Source: Octopus bimaculoides (Eukaryota). Taken from it: 53,232 nt of DNA. Shown one piece after another: positions 39,504-51,451 of this stretch. Location of the stretch: positions 2,073,979 through 2,127,210 of the forward strand of contig NC_068990.1 of NCBI RefSeq assembly GCF_001194135.2. Reading direction: 5' to 3'. Below the pieces are notes generated by a model, which saw only the letters and a program-made list of their open reading frames with translations, was not told the DNA's origin and made no database searches. Position numbers and translations under genes: made by a program. Positions within the stretch are counted from its first letter, which is position 1; each line of letters starts with the position of its first letter.

Positions 39504-40812
39504 CAAGATGCGGCTGAAAGGTTCATTGGCTGACAAAGATACTCCGATGGAATGTGACCATATGAGGTTTATTTTTCAGCATTATTCCTCTTGCGGTCTA
39601 TACACTTCTTCCATAGGTGATGCTGTGCTTTGATTAACATTGGTGAAGAAGCTTTCATCCTGTTGACCAAAAAAGTCATCAACACCAGATATGACATCAT
39701 CATCACTGCGATACTGGTTTCCAGATAACTGTTTTTTTATGTTGGGGAAAAGATTATTGTTAGCAGAGGCCAAATCAGGAGAATAGGAGGGTGATCAACC
39801 AGTAAGCCAGTTTGGGGACGCAATCACGCACAGTAGCCATCGAAATTAAGGACCAATGTGATGGAGCATTGTCCTGATGAAACAAAACAAGACCCCTTTC
39901 GTTAGTTTTCTTGAGATTTTAATCTTGATAGCTTTTTGTAACTGCTGCCACGAGTTGGCATAGTATCCTTCATTAATGGCGTGGCCTTTTTGAAGATTTG
40001 CTCTTATTAAATACAATACCTTTTTGTATCTATAAAAAACCGAGGTCATCACTTAATCTGCAGATGAAATGACCTTGACCTTCTGTGGAGGGGTGGGAGA
40101 AGGTGTTACCATTACTTGGATTATCTCTTTGTCTCTGACTCAAAATGATGAATCCAGCGCTGTTTGTAGGTTACGAAACGTTCAAGGATACTAGCTGGAT
40201 CTGTCTCAAACAATGTCACCATGGTATGATCAACCTGGAGCGCTTTTGATTAGGTGTCAGAAGACGTGGCTCCCACTGAGCAGAAACCATCGTCAAGCGA
40301 AGTACGTCGAGATTCATCGAGAAGAATATTCTCAACTCTCACAGTATATACTAATAGCATTGGATATTTGATTTATAGTCAATCGCCTGTCACCCATCAT
40401 TATGTGGTGAACACGATCAATATTTTCCCCATTTGCACGACGTCCAGACCTTGGGTCACCTTCAAGACTCTTCTTTACCCTCCTAAATTCACATGCCCCA
40501 CTTTTGCATTGTTGATAAAACTGGAGAGTTATCCCCTCATGTAGCAAGCATGTCAGCCTGAATGTCTTTGGGGGAGTGGGGGACAAAACCCTATTTCTGT
40601 AGGTACTTGATAACACCACAATGCGACATTTTGTTCATTTTCAAGAGAAATCAATACTAGTTAGTACTGAAGTGTTTGAACCATCAGATGTCAGTTTAAC
40701 TGAAAAAAGAACAATGCAGTTATTAAGAAGAACTGAAATTAATGCATGGGAGATTTCACACCTCTAGCATCAATCCTTCATTCTCAGCCTATGAACTTTT
40801 CATCCGTCTTTG
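39504..40812 (-). mobile_element. Full-length but inactivated mariner transposon (~1.31 kb)
   Basis: TA flanks (39502-03, 40813-14); matching TIRs CAAGATGCGGCTGAAAGGTTCATTGGCTGA and (reverse complement) CAAAGACGGATGAAAAGTTCATAGGCTGA. Minus-strand transposase pieces GVIKYLQK, SLEGDPRSGR, DRRLTINQI, LFPNIKKQLSGNQYRSDDDVIS. Stops and frameshifts. Confidence 0.9.
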
Positions 40813-42258
40813 TACCTGGGAATAAATGAAAAGATATACACGCCAATAAGATAATCAAGAAGCAAAAGTAAGAGAAAATATGTAGTGAAATAAATATCGT
40901 TACGTGTTGAATAATTGTGTTTTCCTTTTCCTAAACTAACGCGGGAGATAAATACAAACATGTTTCATTCTTGTTTACGTTGAAAATACAGGCATTGATG
41001 ACATCATAAATGGTTATTTCATTTAGTGGATTTTGACACATCACTCCGGTATTCTATTGTATTATTTAGACTGCTGCTTATTCGTTTGAAGGAATAGTAT
41101 CGTTAAGTAAATATCTGGTCTTCATGTGCCATACATATAGGCGTGGTTGATCGTGGACCTCCATATTATAGTCTGAAGATTCCTGAGTTTTTCTGGGAAA
41201 CGTATAGCAGTAGTTTTTCTTTGCCATATGTCATTCTATTTACAGCTAACTTTATTAGTTAGGTGCCATCATGAATTTATCACGCATTTAACCCTTAGAG
41301 AAGGAAAGTGGTTCACATGATATTATATCTACACACGTTAGCCCGAGACGTATGCATCAGGATCATCTTCTGCTATTTAACCCATAACTGGGATCCTTAA
41401 CATGTTCTATAGGTCAAAGCCAGAGGGAATAGTGGTAATTGAACTCCTCCAATCTCCGGAATACTCGACCAATAATCTTACTACCGGATGCAAGTTCTTG
41501 GCTTACCTAGGGCACATAAACGTAAAGAAACCCCAATAAATTTGTTTCGTTAGAGTAGAAAAACAATGAAAAAACAAATATGTTAATGGTTTCACAGTAT
41601 AAATTATAATTAGGACAGTCAAAGAATGTCAATCTTTTGGCTTGTTGTATTTCGTTATGGGTGCATTTGAGAATCAACTCCTGACATGTCTCATAGGATG
41701 CCCTAAATATATATTATCATTTCGAGCTATAAATTTGAATCTTTTTTAAATAACCAGCTGAGACTCGTTTTGACATTTGCCAGATGCTCTCAGTATGAAA
41801 GTAAATTTCGACAAACTTTTTACTGCCATTCTATTTGGATAACGTTAAGATATTAATAAGGTTTTTTCTGAAGAAAAATAGGGAAAAATAATAAACGTCT
41901 GCCACTCACATATAGCGAGTCGGTTTACCGTTGCAAATCTTTAATATGGTGATGCTAACATCTTTCATGTATTTACTGTAGATTGCACAGTTGATTGGTG
42001 AGCTACAATTGCATTTGGTGTCAATATGCTTTATTTAATTTGGTTCAATTTTTAGTAATTATTTTGTATCAAAATACAATTACTGTAATCCTACGGAGGC
42101 TATTAATATAATCACATTGGAAAATTTTAGTAGATTGAATTAAAGCTACGTTTAGCCAAGATGAGGTAAAATTTCAATTTCTCAGGAGACATGATAAGGA
42201 AGATATTGTCAATTTTCTGCTCTCCCCTCTAAAACAAAACTCGTGAAGAACCACTTAT

Positions 42259-42310
<52 letters not shown>

Positions 42311-42530
42311 NNNNNNNNNNNNNNNNNNNNNNNNNNNNNNNNNNNNNNNNNNNNNNNNNNNNNNNNNNNNNNNNNNNNNNNNNNNNNNNNNNNNNNNNNN
42401 NNNNNNNNNNNNNNNNNNNNNNNNNNNNNNNNNNNNNNNNNNNNNNNNNNNNNNNNNNNNNNNNNNNNNNNNNNNNNNATCGCTAACCACTACACATTCT
42501 TTTTTTCTCTCCTTGTTTCTTTCTGTGTTC

Positions 42531-42566
42531 CTTTCTGTGGAAGAGCGTAGGCTCGAAACGTTAAAG
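42531..42566 (+). ncRNA. Hammerhead-like motif with variant core (CUGUGGA) in an interspersed repeat
   Basis: CTTT-CTGTGGA-A-GAGC-GTAG-GCTC-GAA-ACGT-T-AAAG; helices I and II intact, palindromic ACGT, core position 6 is U rather than A. Confidence 0.45.
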
Positions 42567-43009
42567 ACTTTTTCACTTCCCAGGTGTTATACTAATACAT
42601 CTGTTTGTTTTCTACACCAACTGTCTTCGTCTTTTGTTTTTTAATTCTCCCCCAATACATATATATGTATATACATCGCTTCATAAAGATTGCTTTTTTG
42701 TATTATTACTGCTTCTGTCACTTTACATACAAACATACATATATATACTTCGTATATCCGTATCTTGAAACAAATCTTGTTGTATCTTGGGGTCGTTGGG
42801 TCGTTACGCATTACAATAATAAATTATTTATAAACGCGCACATTGGTTAATTATCATTTCTTCGTTGTTCGTTAATTGGTGAAATATCTACCCAAATAGC
42901 TAATCCATCGTTTGTTTAAATTGTTGGTTAAATTATCACACCTAATAACAATATATATGCTGCAACAAAAGATCTATATCATACGAAATAAACCGCTTAA
43001 CTGAAATTA

Positions 43010-43040
<31 letters not shown>

Positions 43041-44009
43041 AATGATCTTTGTGATGGTTCAAGTAGTACATGCATACGTACATATATGCGTGCATATATA
43101 CATATGTACATACATGCATACACATGCGCACGCACACAAACACACGCACACACGCACACACGCACACACATATATAAATATATATAATGGTTTTGCATAT
43201 GTCAGACAACATTCCCCAATTTGTTTTAAACCAGCTTGAAAAAAATCGTAACTTAGAAAATAGTGAAATACAAAAGAAACAGGAAGAGAGAAAATTACCT
43301 AAATGAATTATAAGCAAAATTGGATGTAAGGTAAACGCACATTGGTGATGAAATACCTCACTGTTAATTGTAATAAGATCTTAGAATACTCTGTGATGAC
43401 ACGACTCGGTGCCGGCTTTAATCAAAGAATTCGGTAACGGTTGTAATGTAATAATTATACAGTAGCACTTCTGATAAACGTGTGGTAAGTTTTAATTAAA
43501 CAGAGGAGAGTTTTTCAATATACATTGTTAGTTTATGGAAACAACACACTGTGATCTGAAAAGCAGTGTTTAAAACCACCAAAACACGGCTGTTCCCTAG
43601 GAACCAACGATACTGCTTTTTTAACCCTAGGATGACACCTCCTCCAGCTGGTTATGCAGGGCATTCTGCACTCGATATATATTGCAAGCGGGGAGAGAAC
43701 TCTCAACTATTTCAGCGCCGGTTTCTACATTCTTATGGTCATCCTCGGTGATGGTTACTCGTCCGATAGACATATCAGTAGTACCCTCCAGCTGGCAATA
43801 AATAGAAAAGTAAATGACACACAATCACTGATCTTGAACAAATTTTACCATGGGGATACTTGAAATATGAGGATATATTTCAAATTTATTTAATCAGTAT
43901 TAGTGAGGAATTGCATGAAAACGTAAGATGTGTTCGAGCCTGAAATAATTGAGGTGCACATATCAATCTTAATTTACATGCCATTATAATTTCTGTTCTC
44001 TTTTGTTTG

Positions 44010-44175
44010 TCATTAGACTGCGGCCATGCTGGGGCATCACCTTCAAGAATTTTTATTCTAGTGTGTCGAGCCCAGTACTTAATTTTTAAAAGTCTGGTAC
44101 TTATTTTATCCGATCCCCTTTGCCGAACTGCTAATTTAGAGGGACGTAAACATATCAGCACCGATTGTCAAGACA
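44010..44175. mobile_element. SINE family C copy (GCGGCCATGCTGG...GGTACTTATT...TTTGCCGAAC); related pieces near 21005-21130, 28150-28225, 38635-38705, 38945-39025
   Basis: Dispersed homologous sequences in both orientations within the window. Confidence 0.65.
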
Positions 44176-44183
44176 CACACACA

Positions 44184-44233
<50 letters not shown>

Positions 44234-44235
<2 letters not shown>

Positions 44236-44373
44236 ACGGGCTTTTTTCAGTTTCCATCTACCAAATCCACTCAAGCTTTGGTTGGACAGAGGCTATAATG
44301 GTGCCACGCAGTGGGACTGAACCCCCGAACCATGTGATTGGGAAGAAAGCTTCTTATCACACAGCCGCACCTG
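44234..44373 (-). mobile_element. SINE family B copy with (TA)n tail
   Basis: CAGTTTCCATCTACCAAATCCACTC...GGTGCCACGCAGTGGGACTGAACCC...CTTCTTATCACACAGCCGCACCTG. Confidence 0.82.
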
Positions 44374-45022
44374 GATACTTTATGACAATTGCTAGTGTAA
44401 TATATAGGTTAACTGAAATATATAAAAGCAAAGAAAATTATTTATATAGTTGATAATAAATATCCAATATCAGGTGGAATTTTAGTACAATGTTCGAGTG
44501 AGTGAGGAAGTGGAGGAACTGTTGTATCAGTGGGTGACACCAAGCCGGCTGTCTACAGTAGTATTATCATAAACGAAGTAAAAGAAACGGTAGTGTTGAA
44601 ATTGATAATTAGTTGGCATTCTATAAAACTAGTTAGTAATAAAGCAAGCTCTATCTGTATCTATCACTAAGAAAAGGTGTTATGTAAGATAATTGAAGTT
44701 AAGCCTCGATTTAGACAATGAGAAAAATGAAGTATTCATAAGAAAAAAATATATATATTGACATTGATAAGTGTTAACTGTTTGGTAGATATATATGGCT
44801 TCAACCTGTTAGGCTAGATTAACAGTTTCAGTTGTTGACATGTTTTGTTTTGAACATGATTTGTGGACAAATTTTATCTTGTTCTCACTAAAAGTTAAGA
44901 AGTAATTTAACGAAGAGTTCTATTTCCAATTCTCCTCCGTTATACGGAGTAGACAGTGTAGATCTTAATAGTGGTGGTACATTATATAAGAAATATATAT
45001 ATATATATATATAGTCATATGC

Positions 45023-45119
<97 letters not shown>

Positions 45120-46113
45120 NNNNNNNNNNNNNNNNNNNNNNNNNNNNNNNNNNNNNNNNNNNNNNNNNNNNNNNNNNNNNNNNNNNNNNNNNNNNNNNNN
45201 NNNNNNNNNNNNNNNNNNNNNNNNNNNNNNNNNNNNNNNNNNNNNNNNNNNNNNNNNNNNNNNNNNNNNNNNNNNNNNNNNNNNNNNNNNNNNNNNNNNN
45301 NNNNNNNNNNNNNNNNNNNNNNNNNNNNNNNNNNNNNNNNNNNNNNNNNNNNNNNNNNNNNNNNNNNNNNNNNNNNNNNNNNNNNNNNNNNNNNNNNNNN
45401 NNNNNNNNNNNNNNNNNNNNNNNNNNNNNNNNNNNNNNNNNNNNNNNNNNNNNNNNNNNNNNNNNNNNNNNNNNNNNNNTTATAATATAAAAAATACAAA
45501 AATGGGACGAGAACGTAAAACATTCAGACAGACGATACAAAGGAAACAAAGACGGATCATTTTCTTTCCTCGGTCGAGTTCCAGATTATCTTTGCAATTT
45601 CGGCTGGTTATGCTCGAGAATGCTCCAATCTGGCCAGCCCCAAGGAGAAACTAAGCTAAAAGCACTAGACTCCTTGGAAGAAAGCAGCGAATGTATACGA
45701 AAAGAGCGGGAAAATGGTACACAAAAACAAAGCAGGACATAACAACGGGTGTCTTTCGACTAAGGACGAATTAAATTAAGCTGGCGTGTGTGGAAGTAAA
45801 ACCTTATGACAGAGACATGAGGTTTGACAGGCACAGAGAGTAATATAGATGTTGCACGGATGGTAGTCGAACCAAGAGAGAAAGGTCAGGCTTGGCCGAA
45901 CACCGGCCAGGTGGGGGGAGAGAAAAGAGTGAGGTGGAGGCAAATGGATAGAAGAATTAAGGAGGGGCGAGAAAAAATGAAGGGGACAGAGTAAAGTGAA
46001 AGAGGGAAGGTGAGCATGAAGAGAAGGTCAGGAAATGTGAGAGAGGGGGGACAAAAGAACGAAGAGTGGAATGAATGAAGTCTGAAGGGGCTGACAGAAA
46101 GAATAAGAGTCGT

Positions 46114-46184
<71 letters not shown>

Positions 46185-46250
46185 GTATATAAAAGCGNNN
46201 NNNNNNNATATATACACACACACACACATATATATATATGTATATAAAAG

Positions 46251-46795
46251 CGGCGGCCGCTCTATCCTATGGTACCCCCCCCCCATTCTCACTTAACACT
46301 AAGAACTTAGCTAAATCTTTCTTCAAAATACTTCATATCAAATTTTCCCCGACAACATAAATACCATTCTATATTTAACAGATCCACTTTGAAATTGTCT
46401 TATTCAACCAGGCCCAGCTTCGAATCTATTATAGCGACTTCTAATAAGCATACACTCTCACTCTATTATCAAAACTCACACAATTATAACTATGGTAATA
46501 CTAGCACTCAACGCACACATATACCAAACATAGACATTCACACACGGTAATAATAACTATAACAGTAACGATTGCATGAATTTAGATTCCTCTGCATCCT
46601 CATATAACCTATCCTCCGACAATATCAACTCGTCCAACACGGAACACAACCCCCATGCTTCATCTACTTGTAACTGTCGCTCCGGGACAATCTGCGCGCT
46701 ACAAACATATTGCCTAAGATACAACGTAATATACAAATGCACTGTCGTCAATCTGCTACATAACTCTACAGCTACATGCATAAGTTCAACTAAAA
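46251..46795 (+). mobile_element. Penelope-like retroelement fragment (RT C-terminal/linker region up to the start of GIY-YIG)
   Basis: Frameshifted RSILWYPPP(FS)LNTKNLAKSFFKIL, NFPRQHKYHSIFNRSTLKLSYSTRPSFESIIATSNK, CNCRSGTICALQTYCLRYNVIYKCTV; matches recalled PLE pattern IIWFNPPFS...HFP...IFNR.T.K.SYS...CNC...C...VVY. Confidence 0.8.
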
Positions 46796-46832
46796 ATGTT
46801 TAATGTTTTTTTCCCACTCCGATTGTTTACAG

Positions 46833-46949
46833 CTTATAACCGTAATTCCCAGAAAGTATTTGCTGAGACCAAATGAAAGTGTGCTATTTCAGGTCATATT
46901 CTTAGACCGAAGCTCCCCTGCGTTCTATGAAATTCAGCTTCTCTGTAAG
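46833..46949 (+). CDS. CFAP65: Third CFAP65-like exon: LITVIPRKYLLRPNESVLFQVIFLDRSSPAFYEIQLLCK
   Basis: ttgtttacag acceptor, 117 nt open (phase 0/0), AAG|gtaaag donor. Collinear with human VSVSPMIGVVAPEETVPFVVTLRASVHASFYSADLVCK (recalled). In frame with the previous two exons. Confidence 0.85.
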
Positions 46950-49114
46950 GTAAAGTGATTTTGACTATATTAATTAGCAATTGAAGAATTTAACTTTGTG
47001 TGTAAAAAGAAAAAAAAGAGCGAACTTTATTCGTAAAATCGGATGAAATATATCTGTAATACTGTATTGTCTAAGAATTCATATACGTACATGCTCTATT
47101 GATAAATATACGAGTGCCTATTTCATATGATTTATGGAGCCTTAGACGGCTGGCTATCCATCCGTCCATCCATCCATCCATCCATCCATCCATCCATCCA
47201 TTTACATATATATGCTTTATGTAGTCAAAGAATCTCTGATGTGCAGAATGCTAGAGACCCAGTATTAATTGCGTGATTTTTATTTTAACTTGAATCCGTA
47301 CCGTAGCAATAACTTTTACATTATCACACTTCAGTCGATAAATATGATCCATGATTGATCCAGGCATCACCATCAATTTCGTACGCAACTGTATCCTTTA
47401 GGATCTATATCATTTATAGACGCAGAATTATCTTTTTGCGTATTTTGTATCAATAATTGAAACTATATTATGTTGATGCATGTGGCGTAGCTCAGAGAGT
47501 AAACTGATTGAAAACCAGAGAGTGATGAAGTTATTATATATAGTCACAGGCCAGCCTTGAAAAGATCTATGAAAACCAAAAAGATTCCAGCCATGGCTAT
47601 TTCATTTTATTGGAGACAATGCGTATCTTAATTTCAGGCTTTTACTTTTACAAGATAGTATTTCCTTTTTCTTGTTCTGCTGACATGCAGTTAAATAGAG
47701 ATTACAATAACGGAATTTCACTTTACTTACGTTGGAATTAATCTTGGTTAAAACCCCGAAGCTGTGTTTGACAATTGTGCTCTTCTCAAAATAATGCCTC
47801 CGTGCCAAATCAAAGTAGAAACATTTGAATGGCGATAGCAATAGAGCAGTAATTAAGCTCCTGACATGTGAAAACTTCAGCATATTTTCAAACCACTTCT
47901 GAAGCCATTTCATTTCATTTAATCGGTTAAACCCTCCGGGAAAAACATTGGTTGCCATGCACCATGTCAACAAATCAATGAGTGACGAAGGAGCCAGCAT
48001 TGAATGTCTAAATAATTTTGAAATAGTAACTAGAAGATCGCTTAAATTACACTCGACTGTCAAGAAAATGGAAGGAAACAGTGGTTAATGTGATCTTGGA
48101 TTAATAATACTCATGATTTCGTCATGGCTGGAAAACCTTTGATAATAAGTCTGCCCACGCGTAGTTCGCACAAGACTAGATAAAAGCAATAACACAAGCG
48201 AGTCATTTAACTTAGCATTGTTTTGGTAGGGAGACATGTTGAAACTTAAGCTTCGGTTGTTATAATTACATTTCATTTCATGCTAAAAATTTCCAGTGAG
48301 AAAATAAATACACACTCTGTATATATTTTATTTAGCACCATTAAAATCGGTGATGATAAGCAAAAAGCACTGCTAGAGTAATTATTTCAACATGCGGTGA
48401 CTGTCTAATTGAGATTCGCTTGTTCCTTTCTTTTTATTTTTCTCTATCTTCATGTATCCTTTCTGTAGAAGAGCGAGGGTTTCGAACATTCAGGAATTTT
48501 CCCAATTTTCCTGAGCGTCAAACTTAATACACCTTGTGTGTTTGATTTTTTTATGCGAGCGTTTAATTTCAGTTTATTTGTCTAGGGGAAAATACAAGTC
48601 ACACAATGTCTGCAATAAAGACGGAATAGATATGGCTGAAAGCTCGTTTTGATCACAGATCTGTCAACGTCAGAGTGAAATATCCTTGTAAATAATATTA
48701 TTTAGCACCCCACTCCAGCAAAAGATTTGTTCTCCAATGGGTTGTCGTCGTTTTATGTTTACATGAGATGAAACGAGTTTACTGTCACATTGTGTCAATG
48801 TCAGTTGCACAACTTGGCCTGTCACGATGACCATTCTGTAGCATATAAAAGCATGTCACATGTGAACTGGGTGCTAATCCTACACGTATTATTTTCATTT
48901 AGACAAACCTATTGAGACGCGTACATCGAAAGATCTATTAGGTTCGCAGTACTAATCAGCGTAATAGCATATATGTTGACCACCTAACAACAAGGGGAGT
49001 TTAACGTCTTAATCGAACTATGATATTGACCTTGAGGTTACAGTGGCGAAACTATTACAGGCACCATCAAACTCTTGCAGCTCTTATCCACTACTGAATA
49101 TGTGTATGTGTGTG

Positions 49115-49145
<31 letters not shown>

Positions 49146-49646
49146 NNNNNNNNNNNNNNNNNNNNNNNNNNNNNNNNNNNNNNNNNNNNNNNNNNNNNNN
49201 NNNNNNNNNNNNNNNNNNNNNNNNNNNNNNNNNNNNNNNNNNNNNNNNNNNNNNNNNNNNNNNNNNNNNNNNNNNNNNNNNNNNNNNNNNNNNNNNNNNN
49301 NNNNNNNNNNNNNNNNNNNNNNNNNNNNNNNNNNNNNNNNNNNNNNNNNNNNNNNNNNNNNNNNNNNNNNNNNNNNNNNNNNNNNNNNNNNNNNNNNNNN
49401 NNNNNNNNNNNNNNNNNNNNNNNNNNNNNNNNNNNNNNNNNNNNNNNNNNNNNNNNNNNNNNNNNNNNNNNNNNNNNNNNNNNNNNNNNNNNNNNNNNNN
49501 NNNNNNNNNNNNNNNNNNNNNNNNNNNNNNNNNNNNNNNNNNNNNNNNNNNNNNNNNNNNNNNNNNNNNNNNNNNNNNNNNNNNNNNNNNNNNNNNNNNN
49601 NNNNNNNNNNNNNNNNNNNNNNNNNNNNNNNNNNNNNNNNNNGACA

Positions 49647-50440
49647 AAATCAAAATGGTAAAATCAGAACGTTTCGTTGTTCATTTAGTCAATCGGATGT
49701 TTTTTTGTTTGCTTTGCTTAGAAAAGAGTGGAGGTGCAATGGCCCAGTGGGTAGGGCAGCGGACTCGCGGTCGTAGGATCGCAGTCTCGATTCCCAGACC
49801 GGACGTTGTGAGTGTTTATTGAGCGAAAACACCTTAAGTTCCACAAGGCTCCGGCAGGGAATGGTGGCGAACCCTGCTGTACTCTTGCACCACAACTTTC
49901 TCTCACTATTTCTGTTGTACCTGTATTTCGAAGGACCAGCCTTGTCACAATCTGTGTCACGCTGGATCTCCCCGAGAACTACATTAATGGTACACGTGTC
50001 TGTGGAGTGCTCGGCCACTTGTACGTTAATTTCACGAGCAGGCTGTTCCGTTGATCGGATCAACTGGAACCCTCATGGTCATAACCGACAGAGTACCAAC
50101 CACCATTAGAAGAGGAGAAAAATACTTTTGATTTTTTTAAAAAAGTGAGAAAGAGAGAAAGAAAAGTAAAGATGAGGGAGAAAAATAGACGGAGAGAGAG
50201 GTTCTGAAACCTCTCTCTCTCTCTCTCTCTCTTTCTCAATTTTCTCCCCCATCTTTGCTTTCCTTTCTCTCTTTCTTTCTGTCCTGAAATCTCTCTCTCT
50301 CTCTCTGTCTATTTTCTCCCCACTCATTGCTTTTCTGTCTCTCCTCCTCTCTTTTTCTAAAAAATGGTAAATATTTTCTCCTCTTCTAAATGATTCATAT
50401 AAACCAACAACGAAACGTTCTGTTTTTACCATTTTGATTT
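49647..50440. mobile_element. Foldback/long-TIR palindromic element interrupted by a SINE
   Basis: AAATCAAAATGGTAAAATCAGAACGTTTCGTTGTT (49647) is the reverse complement of ~50405-50440 with one mismatch. Arms continue after the SINE to an apex near 50204. Confidence 0.75.
49729..50105 (+). mobile_element. Full-length tRNA-derived SINE (~375 nt)
   Basis: tRNA-like head GGAGGTGCAATGGCCCAGTGGGTAGGGCAGCGGACTCGCGGTCGTAGGATCGCAGTCTCGATTCCCAGACC; imperfect TSD TTAGAAAAGAG / TTAGAAGAGGAG. Confidence 0.85.
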
Positions 50441-50530
50441 AATCTTGACGAGTTCGATAAACGAACGAAAGTGCTAATAAAGTTTTATCCAAAATTCTGA
50501 CTGCCTCCTTTTTCTCAATATACAATATCT

Positions 50531-50581
<51 letters not shown>

Positions 50582-51451
50582 CACACGCGCACACACACAC
50601 ACACGCACACACATACACACACAAACATCACACTTTTTGTTCTACCAAATTCTACCAATCTTTGGATATCATCGTAACCCTGATATGGAATACTAGAATA
50701 AAGGGATAGGGTATCTCATTGATCTAATCTTTTATCTTGTACTTGTTTGAGAACTTGCTTGAAATGAAGATAGTCCTCATTCGAATAATAATTTGGGTTT
50801 AGCCGATATTATTACTGTTTTCTTTGAAGAAATATGAGATGAAAAGCTGGAATAATTTTGCTAGCATTATAAAAATATATTTAATGCATCATCGGTATAA
50901 TTTACGTACTCTGTCAAATTAAAATTTTAGACAGCACATCTATGAACCCGCTTATGTATGATTTCACAAGAACTAAAGAAAAGAAAAAAAATTGAACAGT
51001 TAGGAAATAATGCAATGCAAATTATTTGTCGGCTGTAATTAATTGTTGGATGAAAATAAAAATATATTCATTAATGGGTTATCTATATGTGTGAAAAATG
51101 CTTTCTAATCATTTGAAAGAAAGACTCTGTATTTGATCTGAATATTAATTTTTTCACCCTTGTGGTTTGCTGACAGAGTAAATTCAGTTATTAGATAAGC
51201 TAATTGTCTATAGTGGTGTTGCTGTTGTTGAGTGTATGTAAACTAAACGTAGCGGTTCTGGTTATTACATATTGATATATCTACGGTAAAAAGATTTATG
51301 AATGAATAGATTTTCTTTACAAATGTCAATTCATTTTGGCTTTTCTTTTTATTTCTTGACAATTAATAATTCTTCTATATATGCCAAATCAGCTTAAATT
51401 ATTGTTCAAATTAGAGTTAATTTCAAACCTCATTAATATTACTGATTCAAA

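Noticed and set aside
46150-46250. Direct repeat on both sides of the 10-N gap
   Set aside because: Probably an unmerged contig overlap, i.e. an assembly artefact.
49729-49803. tRNA-like sequence as a real tRNA gene
   Set aside because: It continues into a SINE body whose tail is shared with another copy, is TSD-flanked, and has an imperfect cloverleaf.
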